NCBI GenBank assembly: GCA_963705165.1 | Contig: CAVPJD010000025.1 | Location: 845 to 64,844, forward strand | Direction of reading: 5' to 3' | Source: an uncultured delta proteobacterium | GTDB lineage: Bacteria > Desulfobacterota > Syntrophia > Syntrophales > UBA2192 | DNA length: 64,000 nucleotides | Shown: piece by piece, positions 11,499 through 20,722 of the stretch | Numbering within the stretch: position 1 is the stretch's first letter | Layout: each line of letters starts with the position of its first letter | Translations under genes and position numbers: made by a program | Notes under the pieces: model-generated | What the model saw: the letters and a program-made list of their open reading frames with translations, nothing else | What the model was told of the DNA's origin: nothing | Databases searched by the model: none

Positions 11499-13599
11499 AT
11501 GAAGAATGAGATGAAAATGTGCCGTTATGACTATGTGGTCCTGATCGCCCTGGTGATCCTGACGGCTGCGCGTTTACGGGCAAGTCCTGAACCACGATTT
11601 CATTAATTACGATGATCCGGGCTACGTTACGACGAATCCCGTCGTCCAGGGCGGCCTTACCTGGAAAGGATTCCTCTGGGCCTTCACGACATTAACCGGG
11701 GCCAACTGGCACCCTCTCACGTGGCTCTCCCATATGCTGGATGTCGAGTTGTTCGGCCTGAAGCCGGGGCTGCATCACCTCGTGAACGTTTTTTTCCACA
11801 TCCTGAACACAGCCCTGCTCTTCCTGGTTCTCAGGCAGATGACCGGGGCCCTCTGGCGAAGCGCCCTCGTGGCCGCCCTTTTCGCCCTGCATCCGCTGCA
11901 CGTCGAGTCCGTCGCCTGGGTTTCGGAGCGCAAGGACGTGCTGAGCACCCTTTTCTGGCTTCTCACCCTGTGGGCTTATGCGCGGTACGCGAAGAACCCG
12001 GGGCTGCCAAGGTACTGGCCTGTGCTCCTCTTCTTTGCCCTTGGCCTGCTCGCCAAACCCATGCTGGTCACCCTTCCGCTGGTGTTGCTCCTGATGGATT
12101 ACTGGCCCCTGGGGCGGCTGAGATGGCAGCAGGCATCACCGGCAGCGCCTTTGACGTCATCGGCAACACCGGAGAAGCAGGGCAAGAAGCAAAAAAAGCG
12201 TTTCCGCGAGCAGAAAAAGCCCACCGCCCCGAAGGACGCCGGCAAATGGAGAGTTGTTCTTCCCCTGGTCTATGAGAAACTACCCCTTTTCGCACTCTCC
12301 GCCGCATCGAGTCTGATCACGTTCTACGCGCAGCAGAAAGGAGGGGCCGTCGCGCCCATGGACCTTTTTCCGCTGCCCGACAGGCTCGCGACGGCGATTA
12401 CGGCCTATGTCGCCTATTTATGGAAGATGCTCTGGCCCTCGGGCCTGTCGATTTTCTATCCCCTCGAGGTCGTGTCTCCCGTTGTGGTTGCGGCATGCGC
12501 ATCCTTGCTGCTGGCCTTGACCTTCGCAGCGGTGAGATGGGCCGGTAAACGCCCTTATATCCTGGTGGGCTGGCTCTGGTATCTGATCACCCTCTTGCCG
12601 GTCATCGGAATCATCAAGGTCGGCGATGCCTCAATGGCCGACCGCTATACGTATGTCTCGCTCATCGGCCCGTTCGTCGCCCTTGCCTGGGGCTCTTTTG
12701 ATTTTTCCCAGGCCTTGCGCATACCAAAGGCGGCCCTTGGGGCGACTTCGGCCCTGTTGATCGGCGCGCTGATGTTCACGACGTACATTCAACTCGGCTA
12801 CTGGAGAGACACGGTCTCCGTGTTCCGCCATGCATTGGACGTAAACCGCTCGAACCACGTTGCCCATTACAGTCTTGCCGTAGAATATGCGCACAAAAGA
12901 AACTATGAGGAAGCCTCGTCCCATCTCAAAGCGGCATTGGCGATCCACCCGCGCTACGACCAGGCTTACCTGAACCTGGGGATTGTCTGTCATCATACAG
13001 GAAGGAATGACGAGGCCATCGAAAACCTGAAAAAGGCATTGAACGTAAACGCCAATCTGCCTCTGGCCCATGAATGGCTGGGGAAGATCTACCTGGCGAG
13101 AGGTCAAGTCGACATAGCGGTGCAACACTATCACCGCGCCATTCAGGACGATCGAGACAATTCCGTGTCCTATGCCGGATTGGGAGAGGCCCTCACATTC
13201 CAGAACAGGCTCGACGAGGCCCTGCGATATACGCTCCTGGCCATCGAGGGACAGCCAATGAATGAAAAGCTATACAACAATGCCGGATTCACTCTTATTC
13301 GGCAGGGAAAGTTCGACGAAGCCATTCCTCGGTTGCAGGAGGCACTCAGGCTGGCGCCGGATTATGCCAAGGCGCACAGCAACCTGGGCGGGGCCCTGCT
13401 CCTGACGGGGACCAACAGGATCGATGAGGCGATTCATCATTTCAGGGAGGCCGTCCGGTTGGAGCCGGGCAATCAATCTGCCCGTGAAAACCTGAACTAC
13501 GCTCTGGCACAGAAAAAGAAGTTGGGAAGAGTGGAAGATAGGAACAGCAAGTCGGGCACAGGGGCCAGGGTTCAGGGTACAGGGAAGAAAAGACGGTAA
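11499..13599 (+). CDS. GT-C fold (ArnT/PMT-like, DUF1736/TMTC-type) membrane glycosyltransferase with C-terminal TPR repeats; apparent N-terminal frameshift
   Basis: ORF 11734..13599 is TM-rich, carries the motif LHPLHVESVAWVSERKDVLSTLFWLL, and has several C-terminal TPR units. Its frame is open back to 11563 (RVYGQVLNHDFINYDDPGYVTTNPVVQGGL...). ATG 11499 (MKNEMKMCRYDYVVLIALVILTAA) is in another frame, so the shift is near 11565. Confidence 0.75.
13554..13588. repeat. heptamer array GGGNNNN x5 (G-tract strand = plus)
   Basis: gggcaca ggggcca gggttca gggtaca gggaaga. Encodes the last residues (GTGARVQGTGKKRR) of the glycosyltransferase ORF. Confidence 0.7.
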
Positions 13600-13605
13600 A
13601 AGACA

Positions 13606-13660
13606 AAAAGGGCATCGGTGGTAACGTTCACTGCCGATGCCCTTTCACTATTGTTTTCTT
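13606..13660 (+). terminator. intrinsic terminator after the TPR glycosyltransferase gene
   Basis: AAAAGGGCATCGG ... CCGATGCCCTTTC stem, followed by the T-rich tail ACTATTGTTTTCTTTTT. Confidence 0.55.
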
Positions 13661-13663
13661 TTT

Positions 13664-13698
13664 CCTGCCTGGACCCTGGACCCGGTACCCTGAACCCT
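13664..13698. repeat. heptamer array CCCTNNN family x5
   Basis: cctgcct ggaccct ggacccg gtaccct gaaccct. Ends 5 nt from the SDR stop codon. Confidence 0.7.
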
Positions 13699-13702
13699 GT
13701 CT

Positions 13703-14494
13703 TTACATGATTCCCTTATACCATCCCCCGTCGATCTGGATGGCCGCGCCGGTGATGTAGCCTGCCCGCTCCGAGGCGAGGTAGACGACGAGGCTGGCAA
13801 ACTCCTCGGGCGTGCCGATCCGCTTCATGGGGATCTCCGCCTCCCACCTGCCGATGATCGCCTCGGGAGTCGTGTTCTGCTTCTGGGCCAGCACGATCGC
13901 CAGGTTGCGGACGCGGTCCGTCATCGTGTAGCCCGGGCAGACACTGTTGACGGTGACGTTGAAGGAGGCCAGCTCGTTGGAGAGCGACTTGGCAAAACCG
14001 ATCACACCCGAGCGAACCGTATTGGAAAGGATCAGCCCGTCGATGGGCTGTTTGACGGCAATCGAGGTCATGTTGATAATCCGTCCCCAGCGCTTCTCCT
14101 TCATGATCGGGACGGCCTCGCGCGTCATCACGATTGTGGAGAGCAGGTTGAGGCGGAACCCGCGGTGCCAGAGCTCGTCGTCGATCTCGAGAAAGCTCAT
14201 CGAGGGCGGGCCGCCGGCGTTGTTCACCAGGATGTCCACCGTCCCGAAACGGGCCGCCGATTTCCGGACGAAGTTTTTCGCCTGCTCCATGTCCGTCACG
14301 TCGGCCGGTATGGCATAGACCTCGCCGCCCGTTGCTTTCTTGATCGCCTCGGCCGCCTCGGGCAGATGGGGGTCGTCGAGGGCGCAGATGGCAACCTTTG
14401 CCCCTTCCCGGGCAAAGTCCATCGCCACGGCGAGCCCGAGCCCCTGGCTCCCGCCGGCCACCAGTGCCACCTTCCCTTTCAATCCGAGATCCAT
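13703..14494 (-). CDS. SDR-family oxidoreductase (FabG-like)
   Basis: 263 aa, MDLGLKGKVALVAGGSQGLGLAVA... (TGxxxGxG-type fold), NNAG motif. AGGAGGG lies 6 nt upstream of ATG 14494. Confidence 0.85.
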   Translation of the reverse strand: MDLGLKGKVALVAGGSQGLGLAVAMDFAREGAKVAICALDDPHLPEAAEAIKKATGGEVYAIPADVTDMEQAKNFVRKSAARFGTVDILVNNAGGPPSMSFLEIDDELWHRGFRLNLLSTIVMTREAVPIMKEKRWGRIINMTSIAVKQPIDGLILSNTVRSGVIGFAKSLSNELASFNVTVNSVCPGYTMTDRVRNLAIVLAQKQNTTPEAIIGRWEAEIPMKRIGTPEEFASLVVYLASERAGYITGAAIQIDGGWYKGIM

Positions 14495-14510
14495 CTTTTT
14501 CCCTCCTGAT

Positions 14511-14556
14511 CTGGTCTATTCCGTCTGTTCCGTCTATTCGGTCTGTCTCCGTCAGC
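14511..14556. repeat. nonamer array TCCGTCTNT (sense-strand AGACGGA), immediately 5' of the SDR gene
   Basis: ctggtctat tccgtctgt tccgtctat tcggtctgtc tccgtcagc. Confidence 0.7.
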
Positions 14557-14560
14557 ACGA

Positions 14561-14649
14561 GGGGTACAGGTTCGGGTCTCGGGTATCGGCGAAAGATAGA
14601 TTCCTGACCTTTCTTCCCTATACCCTATACCCTATACCCTGTTACCTAT
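14561..14649. repeat. opposed heptamer arrays (GGGNNNN / CCCTNNN)
   Basis: ggggtac aggttcg ggtctcg ggtatcg, a spacer, then cctttct tccctat accctat accctat accctgt tacctat. The right array overlaps the porB stop. Confidence 0.7.
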
Positions 14650-15551
14650 TTCGATTCCGCCGCCTTCCGCTTGTACTCCTCCCAGCGATCGTCCACCCAG
14701 TCCTGGAGCTGGCTGAGCTGCTCGATGCTCATTTTCTTGAACCGTCCCTGCTTCTCCACGTAGTGCACCACGGGGAGCTTGTTGCCCTTCTCGGCGAGCG
14801 TCTTGCTGCGGCCGGTGAAGCGGAACTTTCCGTTCTCCATCTCGAAGAGCACGCACAGGCCCGTGTCGACGGCAAGCCGGCCGATGCGGACCGTGTCCTT
14901 CGTGGGGTACTGCCACCCCGGGGGGCAGGGCGTGTGGATGTGGATGAACCGCGTGCCCTTGATCCGCTTGGCCCGCACGAACTTGTCGTAGAGATCGAGC
15001 GGGTAGGCCGGCGTCGTCGTGGCGATGTAGGCGATCTGATGGGCCTCCATGATCTTGAGGAAGTCCTTCTTGTGCTGCTGCTTCGTGAGGACGGGGGTCG
15101 TCGTCGTGAGGGCCCCCATGGGGGTTGCGCTCGATCGCTGGGTGCCCGTGTTCATGTAGCCCTCGTTGTCGTAGGCCACGTAGATGAAGTCCGTCCCGCG
15201 CTCGGCAGCGCCCGAGAGGGCCTGGATGCCCATGTCGAAGGTGCCCCCGTCGCCGGCGAAGGCCACGACGGTCGTGTCCGTCCGGTTCAGGGCGGCAAGC
15301 CCCGCCACGAGCCCCGAGGCCGAGGCGGCCGTGCTCGCGAAGGTGCAGTTCACGCTGGGCACCATGACCGGCGTCAGGGGGTAGAGCCCGTGAAGGACGC
15401 ACAGGCAGCAGGCGGGCAGCGTCACGATCGTGTTTTCCCTCAGCGCCTTCAGGGCGAAGCGGTAGGCGATGGAGAGCCCGCAGCCCTGGCAGGCCCGCGT
15501 GCCGGGAAGGATGTATTCTTTCTCGTGGATCTTGAAAAGATTCTGCGGCAT
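14646..15551 (-). CDS. porB: 2-oxoacid (pyruvate-type):ferredoxin oxidoreductase beta subunit (TPP-binding)
   Basis: 301 aa, MPQNLFKIHEKEYILPGTRACQGCG... and the GDGGTFDMG TPP motif. Last gene of a gamma-delta-alpha-beta operon. Confidence 0.85.
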   Translation of the reverse strand: MPQNLFKIHEKEYILPGTRACQGCGLSIAYRFALKALRENTIVTLPACCLCVLHGLYPLTPVMVPSVNCTFASTAASASGLVAGLAALNRTDTTVVAFAGDGGTFDMGIQALSGAAERGTDFIYVAYDNEGYMNTGTQRSSATPMGALTTTTPVLTKQQHKKDFLKIMEAHQIAYIATTTPAYPLDLYDKFVRAKRIKGTRFIHIHTPCPPGWQYPTKDTVRIGRLAVDTGLCVLFEMENGKFRFTGRSKTLAEKGNKLPVVHYVEKQGRFKKMSIEQLSQLQDWVDDRWEEYKRKAAESK

Positions 15552-15555
15552 AGCT

Positions 15556-16764
15556 CTACTCCGTCTGGCAGTTCAGCCAAGTGGTTACCAGCTCCCGTTC
15601 GCCGGCCTGGATCCGGGCAAGCGACGCCTTGACGGCCTCGACAAGCTCCCTTGCCTTCACGTCACGGCCGCCGAGGCCCGCCACGTGATCGTGGATGGCC
15701 GCATGGATGCCGCTTCCGTAGAAGGCGGCCTTGAGATCCGAGCACAGCCCCCCTTCGTAGCCGTAGCTGATGCTCTTTTCGAAGAGGATGATGGCCTTGG
15801 CATTGCGGTAGGCCTCGATGACGTCCTGTTTCGGGAAGGGCCGGAATACGCGGATCCCTACCACACCCGCCTTGATCCCCTCCTCGCGCAGGGCGTCGGC
15901 GGCCACCGTCGCCTCGGCGGCCAGCGACCCCATGCTCGTGAGGATGACATCGGCATCCTCCGTCCGGTACTTCCAGAGCATCCCGCCGTGGTCGCGCCCG
16001 AAGGCCTCCGCATACTGGCGGCTCACCTCGCGGATCGTCTCCGGGGTCCTGTCGAGGGCACTCTGCAGCTTGCAGCGCATCTCCATATAGCCGTCGCAGA
16101 GCACCCCTTCGCTGTTGGGACGCCTGTTGGGAAGCAGCACCGAGTTGATGGTCATCGGGTTTTCCGAATCGAGGATCGTGTGGGGTTTGTAGGGCGGGAG
16201 AAATTTCCTCACCGCCGCAGGAGTTGGGGAAACAACGGGCATCATCGTGTGGGAGAGCACGAAGCCGTCGTAGCAGACCATGACGGGCGCATAGACCGTC
16301 TCGGCGATCTTGTAGGCCTGGATCACCGTGTCGAGGATTTCCTGGTTGTCGCGGCAATAGATCTGGATCCAGCCCGTGTCGCGCTGGGCGAGCGAGTCCT
16401 GCTGGTCGTTGAAGATGGACCAGGGGGCCCCCACGCCGCGGTTGACGCAGCACATGACGATGGGGAGCCTCGATCCCGCCGCCCAGTGCAGCTGCTCGTG
16501 CATGTAGAGAAGCCCGTTTGCGCTGGTGGCCGTGAAGACCCGGGCGCCCACGGTAGAGGCCGAAATGCAGACCGTCATGGCCGAGTGCTCGCTTTCGACC
16601 CGCACGTACTCGGCGCGCAGCTGACCGCTTTCCACGTACAGGGAGAGCATCTCGGCAAGCTGCGACTGGGGGGTGATCGGGTAGGCGGCGATGACCTGGA
16701 CGTCGCAGAGCCTTGCCGCCAGCGCCGCAGCCTGGTTTCCGGTGATGATGCGCGCGTCAGTCAT
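15556..16764 (-). CDS. porA: 2-oxoacid:ferredoxin oxidoreductase alpha subunit
   Basis: 402 aa, MTDARIITGNQAAALAARLCDVQVIAAYPITPQS..., a typical PorA/VorA N-terminus. Confidence 0.85.
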   Translation of the reverse strand: MTDARIITGNQAAALAARLCDVQVIAAYPITPQSQLAEMLSLYVESGQLRAEYVRVESEHSAMTVCISASTVGARVFTATSANGLLYMHEQLHWAAGSRLPIVMCCVNRGVGAPWSIFNDQQDSLAQRDTGWIQIYCRDNQEILDTVIQAYKIAETVYAPVMVCYDGFVLSHTMMPVVSPTPAAVRKFLPPYKPHTILDSENPMTINSVLLPNRRPNSEGVLCDGYMEMRCKLQSALDRTPETIREVSRQYAEAFGRDHGGMLWKYRTEDADVILTSMGSLAAEATVAADALREEGIKAGVVGIRVFRPFPKQDVIEAYRNAKAIILFEKSISYGYEGGLCSDLKAAFYGSGIHAAIHDHVAGLGGRDVKARELVEAVKASLARIQAGERELVTTWLNCQTE

Positions 16765-17050
16765 TGCACTTGTCCTCCCTCACCATGCTGATGGCCCTCG
16801 ACGGGCACTCCTCGGCACAGATCCCGCAGCCCTTGCAGTAATCGAGGTCGATCTCGACGGGAATCCCCGCCTTGACAATCCCCTCGGGACAGTAGAGCCA
16901 GCACAGGTAGCAGGCGGCCTTCTTCTTGACGAAGGGCGTGCACTTGCTGTTGTCGATAATGGGCCGAAGGTCTCGCCAGTCGCCGGTCCTTCCCGCCTCG
17001 CCGACGGCGGGCTTGCACATGGCCGAGATGTTCTCGTCTTTTTTCTTCAT
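16757..17050 (-). CDS. porD: 2-oxoacid:ferredoxin oxidoreductase delta subunit (2x[4Fe-4S] ferredoxin)
   Basis: 97 aa with CxxCxxCxxCP-type motifs (CYLCWLYCP, CKGCGICAEECP). Overlaps the porA start by 8 nt. Confidence 0.85.
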   Translation of the reverse strand: MKKKDENISAMCKPAVGEAGRTGDWRDLRPIIDNSKCTPFVKKKAACYLCWLYCPEGIVKAGIPVEIDLDYCKGCGICAEECPSRAISMVREDKCND

Positions 17051-17091
17051 GATGGGTCCCTCTACCTCTTCGTGGTCGATTCTGACTTCAC

Positions 17092-17233
17092 GGCATAAGG
17101 CTTAAGGCTAAGGGCTTAAGGTAAAAGGAAGGAGATGACCCTCGTTCTATTCTGTTCTTCACCATAAGCCATAAGCCTTATGCCCTATGCCATTCCTTAC
17201 TCGCCTTTTGCCTTAAGCCCCAAGCCTTACGCC
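17092..17233. repeat. opposed heptamer arrays filling the porG-porD spacer
   Basis: ggcataa ggcttaa ggctaag ggcttaa ggtaaaa ggaagga (17092..17133), a 30-nt spacer, then ten NNNNGCC units ataagcc ataagcc ttatgcc ctatgcc ... ttaagcc ccaagcc ttacgcc (17164..17233). Confidence 0.75.
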
Positions 17234-17793
17234 TTTCTATTTATGATCGTTCCCTCGTAGGCCGCGCGCACCGTCTCGAAGTTCTGCGATGCCACCGCCG
17301 CGGGGAGCTTGCTGCGAAGGGCCTTCTCGATGTTCTCCAGGGAGACGATCCCTGTGGCCTTCGCGAAGGCGCCCAGCAGCGGTGTGTTGATCACGGGGGC
17401 GCCTTCCTTCGTGAGACGAAGCTTGAGGGCAACGCCGGTGGCATCAACGGTGGCCACATCGAAATCGCCGCTGATGCCCGCGTCTTCCGGCTTGCAGGCG
17501 GTATTGATGATGATCGTCCCGCCCTTTCGGACCCGCCCCTTCACGTCGACGACGCCGAGGAGCGTGTCGTCCAGGACAATGGCGATATCGGCCATCTCGA
17601 CCTGGGAAAACATCCGGATGGGGTCCTTCGAAATCCGCGTCGATGCCGTGACGGGCGCCCCGCGCCTCTCAGGGCCGAAGGTCGGCGCCGAGGTGACGCC
17701 CTTGAAGCCCTCCAGGTATGCCGACTCCGCCAGGATCTGGGCTGCAACCACGGCGCCCTGACCGCCACGACCGAACCAGATGACTTCTTTCAT
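17227..17793 (-). CDS. porG: 2-oxoacid:ferredoxin oxidoreductase gamma subunit
   Basis: ORF trimmed to ATG 17793 (GGGAGGAG upstream): MKEVIWFGRGGQGAVVAAQILAE..., a typical gamma subunit. Confidence 0.8.
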   Translation of the reverse strand: MKEVIWFGRGGQGAVVAAQILAESAYLEGFKGVTSAPTFGPERRGAPVTASTRISKDPIRMFSQVEMADIAIVLDDTLLGVVDVKGRVRKGGTIIINTACKPEDAGISGDFDVATVDATGVALKLRLTKEGAPVINTPLLGAFAKATGIVSLENIEKALRSKLPAAVASQNFETVRAAYEGTIINRKA

Positions 17794-17823
17794 CGCTCCT
17801 CCCGTTACGCCTGTTGCCAGAAG

Positions 17824-17862
17824 GCACAAAAAAAGGCCATGAGCTTTTTGCCCATGGCCTTT
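17824..17862 (-). terminator. strong intrinsic terminator 31 nt upstream of the porG start codon (attenuator or sRNA terminator)
   Basis: Minus strand reads AAAGGCCATGGGC-aaaaa-GCTCATGGCCTTT then TTTTGTG. That is a 13-bp stem (one G-U pair) with a 7-T run. Confidence 0.7.
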
Positions 17863-18022
17863 AGAATTTCGTCTTCGAGTCCCTAAATTCTAAAAACGAC
17901 GGGCGATCGGTATGCCAGTAGAAGCAGGAGCAGAGCGAGTCGCAACAACCCGTTCAGGTTCAAAAGCTCACTTCTTGCACCGATCGTCGTCATTCTCGGG
18001 GTAACCCTCACAAAGTAGAACT

Positions 18023-18051
18023 TAAATATCGGAAAGGATTCGGATTGTCAA
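18023..18051 (-). promoter_or_regulatory. candidate sigma70-type promoter driving the por leader RNA
   Basis: Minus strand reads TTGACA (18051..18046), a 17-nt spacer, then TATTTA (18028..18023). Confidence 0.5.
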
Positions 18052-18061
18052 TAACAAAATA

Positions 18062-18285
18062 GGCATCAGGCATCAGGCGTCAGGAAAGGAAAAGCACTCT
18101 GCTTTCCGATGCCGGGAGGCCTCCTGCGCCGAACCCGTCGAGTTCAGGACAGGCATCGCGTACCCGTTGTTTATGCAAGCATCAGGCCTGTTCGGGATGA
18201 ACGATACCCGGCAGAAGGCCGACAGTTCACCTTTCGGGGCCGTCTTGCCTTTTGCCTGATGCCTTTTGCCTGATGCCCAGTGCCC
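18062..18285. repeat. opposed heptamer arrays about 160 nt apart (GGCATCA / TGATGCC)
   Basis: ggcatca ggcatca ggcgtca gg (18062..18084) and cttgccttttgcctgatgccttttgcctgatgcccagtgcc (18244..18285). The latter encodes the waaA C-terminal tail. Confidence 0.65.
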
Positions 18286-19585
18286 GGACGATCATCCCCG
18301 CATAGCGCTCTGCGGCGCCGCGGCTCGCCAGGACGCGCTTCTGGCCTTCCATTCCTCGGCGCCTGAGCTCTGCGGGATCGCAGAGCATCGCTTTCATGCC
18401 CGCAAGGAGTTCCTCGGCGTTTCGGACCGGGATGCCCGCGCCGGCCTCTTCCAGGAGGGCCTTCTCGTCGAGGAAGTCCTCCATGGATGGCCCGTAAAAG
18501 ACGACCTTCCCCCAGGCGGCCGGTTCCAGGATATTCTGCCCTCCCTTTGCCACAAGGCTTCCCCCGCAATAGACGACGGTGGCCAGGCTGTACAGACCGA
18601 ACAACTCGCCGATCACATCGACGACGACGACGCCCCGGTCGGGCGGCCCCCCCTCAAGGATCTCGCTCATTAGGACACCGGTAAGCCCCTGGGCCGCCAC
18701 CAGGTCGCGCACGGCCTTTCCCCTCTCGGGGTGACGGGGCACGATGATGAGCCGCAAATCGGGCCACTCCTGCAGCAGCGCCCGGTACACCTCGAGGACA
18801 ATGGCCTCCTCCCCTTCGTGCGTGCTGCCCGCCACGAACACCCGGGTGTCCGGCGTCATCTTCATCTGGGCGGCTTTCCGGGACCAGACCTCGCCGCTCA
18901 CCCTCGAGGCGAGGCTGTCGTACTTGGCGTTCCCCATGACCTTCACGTTCGCCGCGGGAGCGCCAATGGCCAGGATGCGTTCCCTGTCCACCGCGGAGAT
19001 CACCCCGATTTCGAGGACTGACGCCAGGACTTTTTTCCAGAAGAACGCCGTCCGTGAGTAACGACGGAACGACCGGGGTGAAATCCGGCCGTTCACCATG
19101 ACGGCGGGGATGCGGCGCTTCATGCAGTGCCGGAGAAAGTTGGGCCAGAGCTCCGTTTCCGTCAGGACGACGATATCGGGGGCGATCCGGTCGATCACTT
19201 TTTTCACGACCGGAAAGAGGTCGAGGGGAAAATACATGAATGCCGTGGCCTGGGGGATCAACTTGCGCGCCATGGCCTGGCCCGTCTCCGTGCCGGTGGA
19301 AAGGACGATACTGGCCTGGGGGAGCTTCCCCCACAGGGCGGCAACGATGGGGGCCGCCGCCGTGACCTCGCCCACGGAGACGGCATGGACCCAGATCCGC
19401 GGATGGCCCTTGAGAGCGGAAATCGTTTCGTCGGGTATGTCCCCCAGCTTCTGCCAGATGCTCTGACGGTACTTTCCCGCCACAAGGATCTTGAATGCGT
19501 AATACGGCGCCAGGAGCAGGAAGCCCAAGAGAGCGGTGATGTTGTAAAGTACGTGAAGCACCGCCCGACGATAATGCGGTTTCAA
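18227..19585 (-). CDS. waaA: 3-deoxy-D-manno-octulosonic acid (Kdo) transferase
   Basis: 452 aa. N-terminal membrane anchor, then RIWVHAVSVGEVTAAAPIV and a GSTHEGEE-type motif. The last ~15 residues are translated heptamer repeats. Confidence 0.85.
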   Translation of the reverse strand: MKPHYRRAVLHVLYNITALLGFLLLAPYYAFKILVAGKYRQSIWQKLGDIPDETISALKGHPRIWVHAVSVGEVTAAAPIVAALWGKLPQASIVLSTGTETGQAMARKLIPQATAFMYFPLDLFPVVKKVIDRIAPDIVVLTETELWPNFLRHCMKRRIPAVMVNGRISPRSFRRYSRTAFFWKKVLASVLEIGVISAVDRERILAIGAPAANVKVMGNAKYDSLASRVSGEVWSRKAAQMKMTPDTRVFVAGSTHEGEEAIVLEVYRALLQEWPDLRLIIVPRHPERGKAVRDLVAAQGLTGVLMSEILEGGPPDRGVVVVDVIGELFGLYSLATVVYCGGSLVAKGGQNILEPAAWGKVVFYGPSMEDFLDEKALLEEAGAGIPVRNAEELLAGMKAMLCDPAELRRRGMEGQKRVLASRGAAERYAGMIVRALGIRQKASGKRQDGPER

Positions 19586-19662
19586 TACACTGTCAAGTTT
19601 GCATTATCAATTTTTCAAGCCTGGCGAGTCAACGGACGCACAGGGTCATGGGTTTGCACTAC

Positions 19663-19758
19663 GGCATAAGGCTTAGGGCATATGGCTCAGGGTAAGAATG
19701 GATTTTGCCTTTTGCCATGAGCCTTCTGCCCTAAGCCGTTTGGTTCGCCTTAAGCCAT
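19663..19758. repeat. opposed heptamer arrays in the waaA / lipoprotein divergent spacer
   Basis: ggcataa ggcttag ggcatat ggctcag ggtaaga, a 7-nt spacer, then ttgcctt ttgccat gagcctt ctgccct aagccgt ...gccttaagcc. Confidence 0.7.
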
Positions 19759-19864
19759 CTGTTGTAATTGACATCGCCCCGGTAATATTGTAGGTTGGGT
19801 TCGCTCCCCAAAGAGCCTGAAATCACGGAAGAATAACCATCGATGAGAACGGAGAGCGCATTTC

Positions 19865-20602
19865 ATGACTTACAGAAAAGCGATCGTGTCGACGATGACC
19901 GTCCTGCTTGTCGTCGTGCTCCTTGCCTCCTGCGCACGCTATCAGCAGCAGGTCGTTCCCTTCAAAATGCCCCAGGCATATCCCAATTCAACGACGGTGG
20001 GTGGCGCGATCGTCGCCTCCAAGTCCTGGGATGACCAGAAAGAGGCAGAGGCGGCTTTTGGTTTTGACATCCGGCCGGAGATTCTTCCCGTCCAGGTAAT
20101 CTTCGACAACAAGGGAAGCCACCCTCTCGAGATCGTATCCGAGCAGACGTTTCTCATCGACGTCGATAACAACGCGTGGCCGGTCATGGATGCGAAAATG
20201 GCCTACGATCGAATCGCCAGGAAGACCGAACTGGGCGAAGTGGCGCCGAATGCGGCCAAGTACGGTGCTCTGGGCGCCGTCGCAGGCGGCATCATCGGCG
20301 CGGCCATCGGAATAGTCGGCGGCTCCGGCGTGGGCGACGCGGCCATGAAAGGCGCGGCGGCCGGTGCCGCGACAGGCGCCGTCCTCGGGGGTTCTCAAGG
20401 GATGTCGGACACCGATGTCCAGAGGCAGATCCGGGAAGATCTCCGGAAGCGATCCCTGGAGCAAAGAGCCGTCGCGCCCCAGGAGATAGCCTACGGGTTC
20501 ATTTTCTACCCGGGGGAGGCAAAAAAGCCCCAGGAACTGAGGCTCCGACTGCGCGAGGCCGACACGGGGCGGGTTTACCCGCCTGTCGTCCTGCGCTATT
20601 AA
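19865..20602 (+). CDS. lipoprotein with a C-terminal glycine-zipper segment, function unknown
   Basis: 245 aa. Signal peptide plus lipobox (VVLLASC). Gly-rich stretch GALGAVAGGIIGAAIGIVGGSGVGDAAMKGAAAGAATGAVLGG. Confidence 0.7.
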   Translation: MTYRKAIVSTMTVLLVVVLLASCARYQQQVVPFKMPQAYPNSTTVGGAIVASKSWDDQKEAEAAFGFDIRPEILPVQVIFDNKGSHPLEIVSEQTFLIDVDNNAWPVMDAKMAYDRIARKTELGEVAPNAAKYGALGAVAGGIIGAAIGIVGGSGVGDAAMKGAAAGAATGAVLGGSQGMSDTDVQRQIREDLRKRSLEQRAVAPQEIAYGFIFYPGEAKKPQELRLRLREADTGRVYPPVVLRY

Positions 20603-20722
20603 CAGATGGGCCTGCAAAGGCCCTTTCCATATCGTCTCCCTCTCCCTTGAGGGGAGAGGGTCGGGGTGAGGGTGACAATCCCTTTCCTAGTTAAGGAAAG
20701 GCGAAAGGAAAAAGGGAAACGG

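Noticed and set aside
17866-18016. 6S RNA (rod-like RNA with internal loops) as the identity of the structured RNA upstream of porG.
   Set aside because: I could see a rod-like helix but could not identify the characteristic large central bubble or conserved 6S features by eye. It is kept as a generic leader/sRNA candidate instead.
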